Below, in pieces: positions 11,031-23,763 of a DNA stretch of 64,000 nt. A program made the translations under genes and the position numbers. Within the stretch, counting starts at the first letter, position 1. Each line of letters opens with the position of its first letter. The notes below the pieces were generated by a model. The model made no database searches. It was not told where the DNA came from and saw only the letters and a program-made list of their open reading frames with translations. This DNA comes from Azolla caroliniana (taxonomy: Eukaryota > Plantae > Polypodiophyta). The stretch lies in assembly GCA_043228905.1 (NCBI GenBank), contig JBHGNT010000014.1, positions 17,608,001-17,672,000 of the forward strand. The letters run 5' to 3'.

Positions 11031-11310
11031 TAAATATTCCTTATCCTACTTTTGAAGTTTTTTTTTTGTCATTTTTTGTTTTTAGGGTTTTACTATTAGG
11101 TAATTAGTCTCTACCCTTTTTTTTGCCCCAAACTTTTATTTTTATAAGTATCTCTTTTTCCACCATCTTTTTACTTTTGGCCTAGTTTTTCAAGTAGTAG
11201 CTTTTAATTTTTGTACTCCTATTTTTACTTTTAGATTAGTGGGTTGTTATCTATTTAATATTACATCCACAAAGTTTATTATACTTATGCTAATTTAGAT
11301 GATGAGAGGG

Positions 11311-11589
11311 AAAAATATGAACATTAGATACCAACAAGTTGACTAACATATTGTTGGCATTTGCCACTTGTGTACAAATTACTAAAACTAGAGCCCGTAA
11401 ATTAACTACATTGGTGGAGAAGAACTACTTGAGTTCCCCTTGAGTTTAGGGTTTAGGGTTTGTGGAAAAAGATGAACATTAGATATAACAAGTCGACGAA
11501 CATATTGTTGGCATTAGCCACTCATGTAAAAATTACTAAAACTAGAGCGTGTAAATTAACTACATTGGTGGGGAAGAACTACTTGAGTT
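11311..11589. repeat. ~125-bp direct duplication separated by a spacer with (TTTAGGG)2
   Basis: ATGAACATTAGATA...GAAGAACTACTTGAGTT present twice; TTTAGGGTTTAGGG at 11445-11458. Confidence 0.8.
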
Positions 11590-12294
11590 TGTAAACGGAA
11601 GTAAGCCAAAACAATATTACAAACATTTATAATGGAGACACAACTCACATAGCTAGGTTGTATACATGGTCATCATAATTCTACCATCTCCAGAAAACAT
11701 GGTTGGTTGTTCAAAACGCTATGGCAAATCAAAGATTCTAAGTTTGAAGAAGAGCTAATTTTGAAGATATCCTATTTGAGTAGGAAAGATTATATGCGAG
11801 AAGAAAAGCAAAAAGGAGAAAATTGTATCTATATGAGAAGAAGAGGTATGCCCAAGACATCATTGGCTTCAATGCAAAACCCAATGCAATGTGTAAGTAA
11901 GTGTTGGGTTTGAAGAAAGTTACACACTCAAACAAGAGTAGCACATAATCTAAGTCCAAAGAAGAAGAGAGCTACAATTGAATAGTAATAGCCCTAGCAT
12001 AAAATACTAATGGCGTACACAAAAGTTAGAACCATGAAGAGATAAGAAGAGAAGAGTCTTATCCCCGAAACACTAACAAAAGAAGAAGAATTGATCCTAA
12101 GTGACACAAACAATATTGTTCTTGAAACCTTCTTCGATGAATTTTTTTTCCCTACACAAAGGTTGTGGCACATTCTTAGACAAGGTAATTAGTGTGAATC
12201 CACCACCTCCCCTACTTTTCATTATAGGTTTTCTAGGTCACTTACAACCATTTCTTTATCTTATACAATAATCCATCAAAACAACACATCATCT

Positions 12295-12970
12295 ACATAT
12301 AACAAAAAGTATGATGACCACAATTGTAAACTCTTAATGCCTTCTTGTTTTACAAAATTTTAAAAAAATGTGTCCCACTTCTTCATTGCAATGAGGGTTA
12401 GTGCATTTGGGAACCTTAGTGAGTGGACTAGCGTCAAATATAACAAAAAGTATCATGATCACATTCAAAATTGTAAACTCTTCCTATCTTCAAGAGAGTA
12501 GACTAATAGTACTAAGTTATTATTTAAAAATGTTAAACATACACGAATAGACAACTAGTATTGGTGCACATTGGAGCGTATAGTAATAGTGCTAAGTTGT
12601 TATTTAAATATATTGACCATAGGTGAGTAGAAAATTGAAACAAATGTGTCCCATTCCATCATTGCAAAGAGAGTCGATATGGGTGGGAACCTTAGTGAGC
12701 TAGGAACACATATAACAAAAAGTTCAATGAGCAGTTGTACAAAATTGTAAAAAATGTGTCCCATTTCGTCATTGCAAAGAGAGATAGTATGATTGGGATC
12801 CTTATCGAGCAGGCTAGGGATGCTTATAACAAAAAATATATATGACTACATTCACAATTGTAAACTCTTCATGCCTACTTGTTGTACACAATTGTAATAA
12901 ATGTGTCCCATTTCATCATTCCCAAAGAGAGTTAATATTATTGGGAACCTTATTTGAGTGAGCTAGGGAT
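12295..12970. repeat. Degenerate 110-150-bp tandem repeat (4-5 copies)
   Basis: Recurring AATGTGTCCCA(T/C)T (~12368, 12643, 12753, 12900), GGGAACCTTA and ATATAACAAAAA blocks. Confidence 0.75.
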
Positions 12971-14158
12971 TGCATGAGGGCACAAAAATGCATGCATGCA
13001 CTTATCCACTAGTCACAATGGGTTAGCGAGAGGGCTCTACAAAAGCCTAGTGATGGTAGATTATTTTGGAAATTTTTATAACCAACGTGTATTTAATACC
13101 AATTGTTGGCGATAATAATTGTACATGAGCACACCATGCATACATTATGGAAATAGAATAAAATATAGTTTTAATAGAAACCATGTTATGAATGAGTTAA
13201 ATTATTGATTCGAATATTGATATGAGCATATGTAGTGTGATTTGGAGAACCTCAAGTTTAATAAAGAAAGAAAATTAAAGCTTTTTCTTTTTCCTTTTTC
13301 TTTTTCGGTTTAAGATTTGTCTTGGTATTAATGGAAAGATGCCTAGAGGTTACAAAGAACTCATACATGAAAACACAACCACCATACCCACATCAACCAA
13401 CATGTTGAATGTTATTTTCTTCCTCCATGAATAACCACATCGAATTATTGGATAAAAAAATACAAAACGAGTCCATTCCTAGATGTCAAAGAAAAAAGTT
13501 GACCCATTGAGAAAATCAAAGGTGAGAATGATATGAAACAAATGCAAACAAAGGCCTTGCAATGTATGGCTCTTTCATCTAAGATGTATGTTGCACAATT
13601 TTTGTATTTATTTTAAAAACTATCCTCCATAAGTATTAAAATTAAAGTGGCCAAAGGCAAGATACAAGATAATCCAACATTACAATTTACAATGAATATT
13701 GTGCAACCATGTTAACCGACCGTAGCCAATCTTTCTAGATAAAGATAATTTTTTTATATTTTTTTTCTAGCCAATCTTATTCATATGTTGCACAATTCTT
13801 TAAATACTTCATGTATGCATTTACTTGACCATGCCTTGTTCCTCTTTTCCCTTTAATGCAAACACCAAGTATATGCACAACCATACACACGCCATACTTG
13901 CCCCAAGATTCCTAAGTGGCAATTAGTAAATTGCCACATACTTCAAGATTTGAACAAAGTGCATAAGTATATGCTATAGCATTATCAATAAAGAGATTAT
14001 AACCGAAGAGGTCTAATACTACCCAAAATGGAATGGAGCTGCTCAAAGAGGTATAGTACTTAGAGGGGAGCAAACATTGGCTAAGGGCTTTCCCTTAAAT
14101 GCATATGTGCACGCAAATGTACACCACATTTGCCCATGGATTCCATTGCGGCATCTTG

Positions 14159-15001
14159 TAGAGTACTGCATAGAGCGAGATTCAAACCAAGTGCATATGT
14201 ATAGCCTTAAGAATAGAGCAATTATCACCATGAAGGGATTTGGTGTAGTACACCACTTGTCCCAAGATTCCATAGTAGCAGCTAGTAGAGTACTACATAG
14301 AGCGAGATTCGAACCAAGTGCATATCTATAGCCTTAAGAATAGAGCGATTATCACATTGAAAGAGGTCTACTACTACCCAAGATGGTGCATATGTACTCG
14401 AAGAGGTCTAGGACTCGAGCGAATCATAGGCTCGGGGTTGGCAACATGAACCCTTGGATAGCATGGACATGGGGGGTCCAATACTGCAACTGAAAGATGG
14501 TGTATATGTACCCGAAGAGGTCTAGGACTCGAGAGAATCATAGGCTCGGGGTCAGTAACAAGAACCCTTGGATAACATAGAAAGGAGAGGGGGTCGAGTA
14601 CTGCAACTGGACTGGACGATGGTGTTATTTATACAAACAGGGTCTAGTGACCAGGGAAATCGACCAAGTTAGAACCTCAATGGATCGATCTGAGTTGTCC
14701 ATGTGGAACATAGTAGGACCACGGCCACCAGTGACACTCTTGTGGCACATAATGAACATATGTATTGATCTCTTTCTTTCTTCAATAACTTCCACACAAT
14801 GTTCAAGATTTGAAGAAGAATATATGTATGTATTGATCTCTTTCTTTCTTCAATAACTATTAACTTCCACACAATGTTCAAGATTTGAAGAAGAAAAGAG
14901 AACACATACTATATACTCTGTTTCTACATACATACTAGTAACTATACTGAAGAAGAAGAAGAAGAAGAAGAAGAAGAACATACTGTATACTCTGTTTCTA
15001 C
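14159..15001. repeat. Cluster of short tandem duplications and (GAA)n upstream of the kinase gene
   Basis: Duplicated blocks at ~14159/14287, ~14401/14514, ~14761/14829 and ~14904/14978; (GAA)n at ~14949-14978. Confidence 0.8.
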
Positions 15002-15017
15002 TCTGTTTCCTCTCCAT

Positions 15018-17675
15018 ATGGCTCCCCTGCTTCCATTAGTACTAGTACTTCTTCTTCTTCCTCCTCCATTTTGCAGCTTCCATGGAGCCTTTGCTGCAGA
15101 AAATTTGTATCATTCTGGTAATGCCCATTTCTCAACTCAGAGCAATGCTTCCAATTCTTCTTCTTCTTCTTCTGCCTTCTGGCTCTCTGAGAATGGAACC
15201 CTCACATTTGGCTTCAAAAACCTTGGTCCCAATCAATACCTTCTCTGTGTTTGGATGACTCAGGACACCAACAGAACACCTCTGTGGTGGCCTTCCATGA
15301 ATGACTCTGTCGTCACAGAAGGATCCACCCTTACCTTCACAAGTAAAGGAAATCTCGAGCTTTCTGATGCAAACCAATCTTTACTTTGGAATACCTCCGA
15401 ATCCAATGCTTCCATTGCAAGGCTTGAAGGCACTGGGAACCTGCAGCTTCTGGATGATGACACCAAGGAGAATATCATATGGCAGAGCTTCTTGGACCTC
15501 AGAGACAGTCTCATAGTGAGGCCAAGAGACAACAAATCTACTAATCCATTATCCTCTATTGTGACAGATAAACCTTATCTATTGCGGTCTCGCCAGAACG
15601 ACAGTTCTTATGCTTCCCCCGGAAGGTTCCATCTCGCCACCGATATAAACCAGAATGTTTTCCAACACGCATTGGATATTGCCCATAATGTGGATTTTAT
15701 CTATCTATATGCACACTTGAATGCGAGCGATGATTTCTTCGAGCTGAGCCGAGACTATGGGAAAACATATAAAGACAACTCATCCATGCCGATGAGTATG
15801 CTTCGATTAGATCCTGATGGAGGTCTAAGAATCTATGCTTGGAATGCATCATATTCAACATGGAGCATGATATGGGAATTTGTTGATGATAAATGCATGC
15901 TTGGAAGCCCATGCGGCCCTAATAGCATATGCAAAGAAGACACAGATGGGTCTCTTAATTGCACTTGTCCAGTCGGCTATGAAGCCGTAGATACTCGATA
16001 TGTTTCTCTAGGGTGCTATAATAGTTTGAACTTGAGCACTATATGTGATGGATCTGGTGGCAATACTAGTGCTGGGTTATTCTACATGGCTGAAAACAAG
16101 AAAAGTGATTATTATTACAATGACTTATCCCCAAGTAAAGCTAATGATATAGAGGAGTGCAAACAACTCTGCTTGGAGACCTGTGATTGTATTGCTGCAT
16201 CATATAGGTTGAATGATGGGCAGTGCTTCCTTAAGGGTAATCAGAACACATGGCTTCTCATGAATGGCTATGCCACAGATGGCAACACTCTGTTGATGAA
16301 GCTGTTAGTCTCGCCTACAAACACTAGCTTATCGAACACTAGCTTACCGAACACTAGCTTACCGCCGAGTAATGGAGGGGCGAAGGAAGGAGCGATTATC
16401 GGGGCAGTTGTGGCAGTTGCTGTGACAGTTATGTTAGTTGTGATTGCCATCGTTACTTGGCGAACAAAAAAGAAAACAGGAGGCCGTGGGTGTGGATTGA
16501 TGATGATGATGTTCAGAAGGCATGAGCATGGAGTGATGATGAGTGATGCTGGACCGATCAGATTTACATACCAGCAGCTTGTAATGGCCACTCAGAATTT
16601 CAGTGAATTTCTGGGTGAAGGGGCATTTGGCAAAGTATACAAAGGGAGAATATTAATAGTAACTGAGAAGGGGAGAGAAGCAGGTGAAAAGCAACTCCCT
16701 GTGGCCGTGAAGGTGCTGAAGGGCACCATGGGTGCAATGCATGAAGAAGCTGAAAAGCAATTCAGAGCAGAAGTGAGAACCCTTGGCAATATCCATCATA
16801 TCAATCTAGTCAGTCTATTAGGCTATTGTATCGGAGGGCGAGGTCTGGATACGAAGATTTTGGTCTATGAATATGTCGAAAATGGATCCTTAGGCGAGTT
16901 TCTCTCCGAAGAAGAGAAGCCTCTGCCATGGGCGGTTCGATACTCCATAGCTCTAGGGGCCGCTCGAGGCATCGCATATCTTCATCACGATTGTAACCCG
17001 CATATATTGCACTGCGACATAAAGCCTCAGAATGTGCTCTTAGACCATGATTTTACAGTGAAAGTTGCGGACTTTGGATTGGCGAAGCAGTTAGAAGAGG
17101 TGAAGAGCCATCTAACAATGTCTCATGTGCGAGGGACCAGGGGTTACATGGCCCCCGAATGGCTGAAAACGGATGAGATTACATCGAAGGCAGATGTGTA
17201 TAGTTATGGAATGGTGCTACTTGAGCTTGTGAGGGGATTTCATGACAAAGGAAATGATGGTGGTTCCGTTGTAGATTGGGCATACCAGTTCATTTCGAAT
17301 ATAGAAGAAGAAAACACTGCCAACAAGGAAGAGCATCCACATTCTTGTAGTCATATCGATGGACATGATAATGAGGAAATTGACATTCTGAATCGAGAAG
17401 AGGAAGTGGCACAAAATAGGTTGCGAGCTGAGGAGCTTCGCGAGAAAACTCGGCTCCTTAAAATCGGCCTCTGCTGCATACAGTATCAGCCCGATTTGCG
17501 GCCCTCGATGCTGCGGATTCTTCAGCTCATCGAAGGAAATGGTGATCAAGTCGGGATCCCTCCTTACCCAACCATGCAAAGAGTGCCCTTATTGCATGAT
17601 CAAAGCTCTAGCACATCTACAAATACTATACAGTCCTATGCCTCGGAGGCCTACTCAGCTTTCTCTGCAAGGTAG
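15018..17675 (+). CDS. G-type lectin S-receptor-like Ser/Thr kinase (S-domain, SD-2-like, non-RD), intronless, 885 aa
   Basis: Signal peptide; bulb-type lectin (SENGTLTFGF, GNLEL, LEGTGNLQL, WQSF); LRLDPDGGLRIY; EGF-like (CGPNSIC..CTCPVGY); PAN/Apple (ECKQLCLETCDCIAA); TM helix; kinase motifs GEGAFGKVYKG, VAVK, HCDIKPQN, DFG, RGTRGYMAPEW, DVYSYGMVLLE. Confidence 0.95.
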   Translation: MAPLLPLVLVLLLLPPPFCSFHGAFAAENLYHSGNAHFSTQSNASNSSSSSSAFWLSENGTLTFGFKNLGPNQYLLCVWMTQDTNRTPLWWPSMNDSVVTEGSTLTFTSKGNLELSDANQSLLWNTSESNASIARLEGTGNLQLLDDDTKENIIWQSFLDLRDSLIVRPRDNKSTNPLSSIVTDKPYLLRSRQNDSSYASPGRFHLATDINQNVFQHALDIAHNVDFIYLYAHLNASDDFFELSRDYGKTYKDNSSMPMSMLRLDPDGGLRIYAWNASYSTWSMIWEFVDDKCMLGSPCGPNSICKEDTDGSLNCTCPVGYEAVDTRYVSLGCYNSLNLSTICDGSGGNTSAGLFYMAENKKSDYYYNDLSPSKANDIEECKQLCLETCDCIAASYRLNDGQCFLKGNQNTWLLMNGYATDGNTLLMKLLVSPTNTSLSNTSLPNTSLPPSNGGAKEGAIIGAVVAVAVTVMLVVIAIVTWRTKKKTGGRGCGLMMMMFRRHEHGVMMSDAGPIRFTYQQLVMATQNFSEFLGEGAFGKVYKGRILIVTEKGREAGEKQLPVAVKVLKGTMGAMHEEAEKQFRAEVRTLGNIHHINLVSLLGYCIGGRGLDTKILVYEYVENGSLGEFLSEEEKPLPWAVRYSIALGAARGIAYLHHDCNPHILHCDIKPQNVLLDHDFTVKVADFGLAKQLEEVKSHLTMSHVRGTRGYMAPEWLKTDEITSKADVYSYGMVLLELVRGFHDKGNDGGSVVDWAYQFISNIEEENTANKEEHPHSCSHIDGHDNEEIDILNREEEVAQNRLRAEELREKTRLLKIGLCCIQYQPDLRPSMLRILQLIEGNGDQVGIPPYPTMQRVPLLHDQSSSTSTNTIQSYASEAYSAFSAR

Positions 17676-18056
17676 CTAGCTAGCTCCAATCAGAGCTAAT
17701 AATAACATATTGAGCTTAGAGGCAAATAAATATCCATCCATTGTAAGAGCTAGATTTGGGACGAAAGAAAAGATGAATGAAGCTTGAGAATTTAACCTAC
17801 ATTGATAGAGAGACATGTGTTCCTCGGACTCGGACCATAGCCTAACCTCCCAAATTAAGACTCAAAACTAAGCTTCGACAAATTAATTTCTTCTGGAGTC
17901 TGTATACAGCATCGAAATCTTCCTCGAAAGACCTAAATGGCATCCCAGGTATCTTCATGTGCTGCCATTGGAAGCAAAGTGAAATCTTGCATATGTGGAA
18001 AGGCATTTGAGGTGTTTTGGATTGCTGATCTAACTCTTATTTGGATTTAAGCCAAT

Positions 18057-21000
18057 TGTTAAGAATCGAACTCAACTTCCAATAGGTTCACACTAGCCCA
18101 TGGACATACCAGGCTAGTTTTGTAAATGGTAGAAAGGGAGCTTGCCCTAGCTTCGTTGGTATATAAACCAACTCATTGTAACTTAGTTGTGTTGGATGTC
18201 TTATGTAATATACAGTTTGATTATCTCTATCTTGAGCTCTCTCTCTCTGTCTCTCTCTCTATTGCTAAACACACACACACATAGTCTCTCATCTTTTGTT
18301 GCATTGCAATCACCACAGACTCCATATCTTAACATGGTATCAGAGCGAGTGGTTGCTTGATCAAGCATTTTCGATTGTGTTGTGCTGCATGCCGACAACC
18401 AACAGAACCGGCCCATCGACAGAGAAGAAACCACCATGAATACTCAAATGGGAAGCGCTCTTCCTATTGAGAAGCTCGACAGAACAAACTTTGCATCTTG
18501 GGAATACAAAATGCATCAATACCTTGTCGGACAAGGTTACTAGAGCTACACATTGAAGGAGCTCACGAAACGCAACCCAACCTAACACACGCCGATTATT
18601 CTGCTTGGGAGTAGGCCGCGAGTCGTGTGTTGTATTGTCTAGCATCATGCGTTCATGATCATATGCTTGGCTACATTCGAGAGGTAAAAACGCCGAAGCA
18701 AGCGTGGGAAAATCTCAAAAAGATTTTCGCAGCCAACACGGCCGCACGCAAGCTCCAGCTTCTTCAGGAGCTGAATAACATCCAACAGAGGGACATGCCA
18801 ATCTCAAGCTATACCTTGAAAATCAAGGAGCTATGTGACGCCCTCGGATCAATCAATGTCGTCATTGATGATGACGAATTGGTGCAGATATGCCTCGGAG
18901 GCTAAGCATCGCGTTTTGGCGTGATTAGATCAGCCATCCTTGCAAGGGAGAACCCTCCCTCCTTCTTCGACCTTCAATCGATATTGCTGGTCGAAGAGAA
19001 TCATGCCTGACAGAGGAGCAACGCATCAGATGGTCATTTGCTCTATTCCCAGTCGGATAATAGAAGAGATTTCAGCCGTGGAAACAAAGGTCGTTTCGGA
19101 CAAGTCTATAATGATCGACGGAATCAAGGGCGTAACTCCCACCAGTGGCAGGCGGACAGGAACGGGCCTAGAGAGTTTGGCGGAAGGGGGACTCATAACG
19201 CCGGACCGAGCAATCGCCGAAACCCAGTCGAGTGTGGGTACTACGAAAAACCCAGCCACTACGAAGAAGAGTGTCGGAAGAAGAAACGTGAGGCATGCCG
19301 ACAACTCATGAACTACACAACAAATTCTGACTACGGCGATCGTGGCGGAATGTTCATAATGAGGCATAAAGCACACTCAATGTCTACATAGGCTTCAACT
19401 AGCGCCTCCGCCTCAAATAGTGTATGGTTTGTTGACTTGGGTGCGTCCAACCATATGGCGTCTCATGAAGATTGGTTTCGAGAACTACGTAAATCCGATC
19501 AGCTTGGATATGTCAAGACTGGCGATGACACGACTCATTCAATACAACATATCGGGAATGTCCCATTCAGAAATGACAGGGACCAAACTTACCTCAAGAA
19601 CGTCTTGCATGTCCCAACAATCACGAAGAACCTGATCTCAGTAGGTCACATTGTCGAACAGGGAATGCAAGTACGATTCAACAATGATGATTGTTTTATC
19701 GAAAAAGGTGATTGAATCATAGCCCACGGCCGTCGTGAAGGCCATATGTTCATCCTCGAGTCGAGCGAGGTAAAGTCGGCCATGTACGCAAAGGGCCAGA
19801 AAGTCGAAACTAACTTGAAATTGTGGCACAAGAGGATCAACCACATTAATCTCCAGAAGCTTCAGAACATGTAGACGAAAGAAGTCATAATCGGACTTTT
19901 GAACTTTACGACAAAGGAGATCACGGGCGTGTGTGAAGCATGCCAATTCGGAAAGCAACACTGTCACCCATTCTCTAAGGAGCGGAATGTGAGCAAAGGG
20001 ATCCTGAATATAATACATTTAGATGTGTGGGGACCAGCCCAAATGGCTACCTTCGGCAGATGTCGTTATTATGTCACATTCATCGACGACTTCTCCAGGA
20101 ACACCTGGATCTACCCGATGAGACAGAAGAGCGAAGTGTTCGGACGCGCTTCCAAAAGTTCAAAGCCGAAGTAGAAAAAGCTACGGGTCGTCATGTATGC
20201 TGCCTTCGATTAGACGGAGGTAAAGAATACTTTTCGGATGAGTTCACGAAGTATCTCCAAAAAGAAGGAATCTAACGAGAGTTCTCGTGCCGACATACGC
20301 CTCAGCAAAACAACGTAGCAGAGCGGAAAAATAGGCACATAGTTGAAGTTGCGTGAGCTATGATGAATGAGAAGAACTTGCCGAAATCATACTGGGTAGA
20401 AGCGGCAAATACGGTTGTATACCTCATGAACAGGTGCACAACCTCAGGAGTACACAACATAACTCCGCATGAGAAGTTTTTCGATAAGAAGCCGAACTTA
20501 TCGCATGTCCGCATTCTCTGCTCAATCGCCTACGTACATATTCCCGACGATATGCGGCAAAAGCTCGATCCAAAGTCAGAGAAATGTATCCTCGTGGGAT
20601 ACTCGCTCGAACAAAAGGGGTACAAATGCTACAACACCCATCTACCCGAAAAGTTTGCATTAGTTGAGACGTAGTCTTCGACGAGTTCACATCTTGGTAC
20701 GCACCATAGATTACTTCGACTCCACTCGATGCAGATGACACCGAAATTAGAATAGAAGCTGAGGATCGGCTCACGCAGATGTTCGAAGACAGCCCAACTA
20801 CGACACGACTGAGTGAACTGCAAGAGCACCCAAGTGATAAAAGCACATTTCGGCCAAGTCCAAAGTTAGACAAAGGCAAGGCGAAAATGCAGGAATACAA
20901 AGATCATTTCGATCTTGACAGTGAGTACGGAGGCCTTGACATTCACATGGACGGCGTGAAGAAACCTCTAGAGTCCGCAAACGACAAGCCACGCCGATCT

Positions 21001-22996
21001 ATGCGTGAGAAGAAGCCCGTAAACCGCTACGGCTATGACGAGTACTTAGCGTATCATTACGCCTTCATGATGAAGGTAGCGTTAGTACGGGAACCAAAAA
21101 TGCTTTCTGAAGCCGTGAAGGATCCGCGATGGGTTAATGCGATGAATGAGGAAATGGAAGCGTTATGTAAAAATGACACATGGGATCTCGTTCCTCATCC
21201 CCTAAACAAGAAAGCGATTGGTTGTAGATGGATATACAAAGTAAAATACAATGCCAAAGGATTCGTGAATCGCTTCAAAGCACGGCTTGTTGCAAAAGGA
21301 TACGTGCAAACACACGGTGTAGACTACGAAGAGACCTTTCCTCCGGTGGCAAAGATGACCACAGTACGAACCGTCATTGCACTCGCCGCAGCGAAAGAGT
21401 GGCCTCTCCACCAGATGGACATGAAAAACGCTTTCCTCCAAGGAGAGCTAGAAGAAGAAGTGTATATGATACAACCACCCGGATTTGAATCGCGTAAACA
21501 TCTGCACGCCATATGCCGACTCAAGAAGCCACTTTACGGCCTCAAACAAGCACCGCGTGCTTGGCATTCGAAGATCACGCAGTATCTTCATCAAGTTGGA
21601 TTTCAGATGTCAAAATCCGACACTTCCCTGTACATTCGAAACGAGTCAGATAGCTCAATAATCATCATCTTGTACATGGATGATTTGGTCATCAGAGGAA
21701 AGGATCTCGCTGAGATTATCAAAGTTAAATCACTTCTTTCCGGCAGATTCAAAATGAAAGACCTGCACTAACTTCATTACTTCCTAGGTATTGAAGTAAT
21801 TTGGACACCAATCGGGATAATGATCTCCCAACGGCACCACGTCCTCAACTTACTGTACGAATTCGGAATGACAGAGTGCAAACTTGTGTCTACCCCTCTT
21901 GATCGCAATATCAAGATTGATGCCAGTTCCGGCATGACCAAGACTGAATCGACTCAGTATCACCAACTGATCGGTAGCTTGATCTATCTCACCATTACGC
22001 GACCCGACCTAAGTTATTCGGTCGGCCTACTTAGCCAATTCATGCAAAATCCGCGTAACCTTCATCTCGATTGTGCTAAGAGGATACTACGGTATGTCAA
22101 TACGATAATGGATCACGACATCTTATATGAGTCGAATACGATTGTTCGACTCGGAGGGTACACAAACGCGGATTGGGCAGGATACAAAGTAGATAGACGA
22201 TCCACATCCGGATTCGTCTTCTCTCTCAGTAGCGGAGCGATCTCTTGGAGTAGCAAGAAACAGTTAATAGTCGCACTGTCGAGCACAGAAGTTGAATACA
22301 GGGGTGCGGCAATCGCCACATGTGAAGCCATATGGCTTAAGCGCGTATTGAAGGATCTGGGCGTTCCCATCAAAGATCCAATACGCTTGTACTGCAACAA
22401 CATGAGCAATATTTACTTGGCTCGCACCCCCATATTTCACGCGCAGACTAAACACATCGAAGTGCACTACCACTTCATCTGTGAGCGCGTATAGGCCGGA
22501 GAAATCGATCTCCAACATATCAGCATGCACCTCCAGGTTGCTGATATATTTATGAAGGCCTTAGGAGTGGACAAGCTCGGGAAATTCACATCGAATCTTG
22601 GTCTCATGCCGCCTACATTGCCGAGCTTGAGGGGGAGTACACAGAGTACGCATTGCTACGCAGATATGTACGCCAAACTTCAAACCGAACAAATGGAAGT
22701 TGTGTTCAAAGGGGCGTGTTGAGAATCGAACTCAACTTCCCATAGGTTCACACTAGCCCATGGACATACCGGGCTAGTTTTGTAAATAGTAGAAAGGGTG
22801 CTTGCCCTAGCTTCGTTGGTATATAAACCAACTCATTGTAACTTAGTTATGTTGGATGTCTTATGTAATATACAGTTTGATTATCTCTGTCTTGAGCTCT
22901 CACTCACTCACTCTCTCTCTCTATTGCTAAACACACACACACATAGTCTCTCATCTTCCACTACATTGCAATCACCACAAACTCCATTTCTTAACA
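18057..22996 (+). mobile_element. Full-length decayed Ty1/Copia LTR retrotransposon
   Basis: LTRs 18057-18334 and 22717-22996 (TG...CA), TSD CCAAT (18052-18056, 22997-23001), PBS TGGTATCAGAGC 18335-18346; gag, protease, integrase, RT and RNase H remnants in Copia order. Confidence 0.95.
18437..22630 (+). pseudogene. Copia gag-pol polyprotein with many stops and frameshifts
   Basis: IEKLDRTNFASWEYKM; WFVDLGASNHM (protease); CEACQFGKQ, IHLDVWGP, VTFIDDFSR (integrase); KARLVAKGY, LYGLKQAPRAW, LYMDDL (RT); DRRSTSG, TKHIEVHYHF (RNase H). Confidence 0.92.
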
Positions 22997-23763
22997 CCAA
23001 TATACCAGAGCACTTCGATCATATACAAGAAGATCTCCTTCGTGAAATCTACAGCATGCTATCATATCCCTTTTGAGATCAAGAGGGGTCGATCCCTCAT
23101 GGAGAGCCATGGTGGCATGGAACATGTCTCCAAAATCCCCCATGGCAACCAATAATCAATCCTAACTCCAAAAAGATCTCCCAAAACAGTATTTTGTGTG
23201 ATTGCACTTCATGACCTTGCTCACAATGATAATGATAGAGCCAAGCTAATTAATACAATCCATAAAAGTGTTTTTAAGCTCACAATGATAGATTTGTAAT
23301 TAAATGACTTGGATTGGCTTTAATTTTTCTTGTAAACAGTTTCATTTCACCTTTTCCTTAAAGATTTTGGTTTAAATGGCTTGATAGTTCTGAAATGAAT
23401 TGGTTTGATTTTTGTTATCTATAAATGGTTCAGTAACTTCGGTTTCAAGGCCAAGAAACTTAACTAGGCCTATACCATAAACAAGCCAACTACCAAGAGC
23501 AGGAGTAGAGCATGGCGAGAAGAGGAAATGGCGAGCAGGAGCAGCACGGTGAGGAACGCGAGCGCTGGTTAGCTGTGTGCCGCTGTCCAAGAACTCGACC
23601 GCTCGTCAGAGGCTGTTCGGCTGCATAGAGTGCCTCGAATGAACCACATTGCTTGTGAGTTTACCTACCCCTACAGTGTCAGTTACGTTCTGATTAGGGA
23701 ATAAGACTGAGTGTAGAGCACTAGAGGATAAGGGAGCCTAAGGGCTGCGGGATACAAGAAAAC

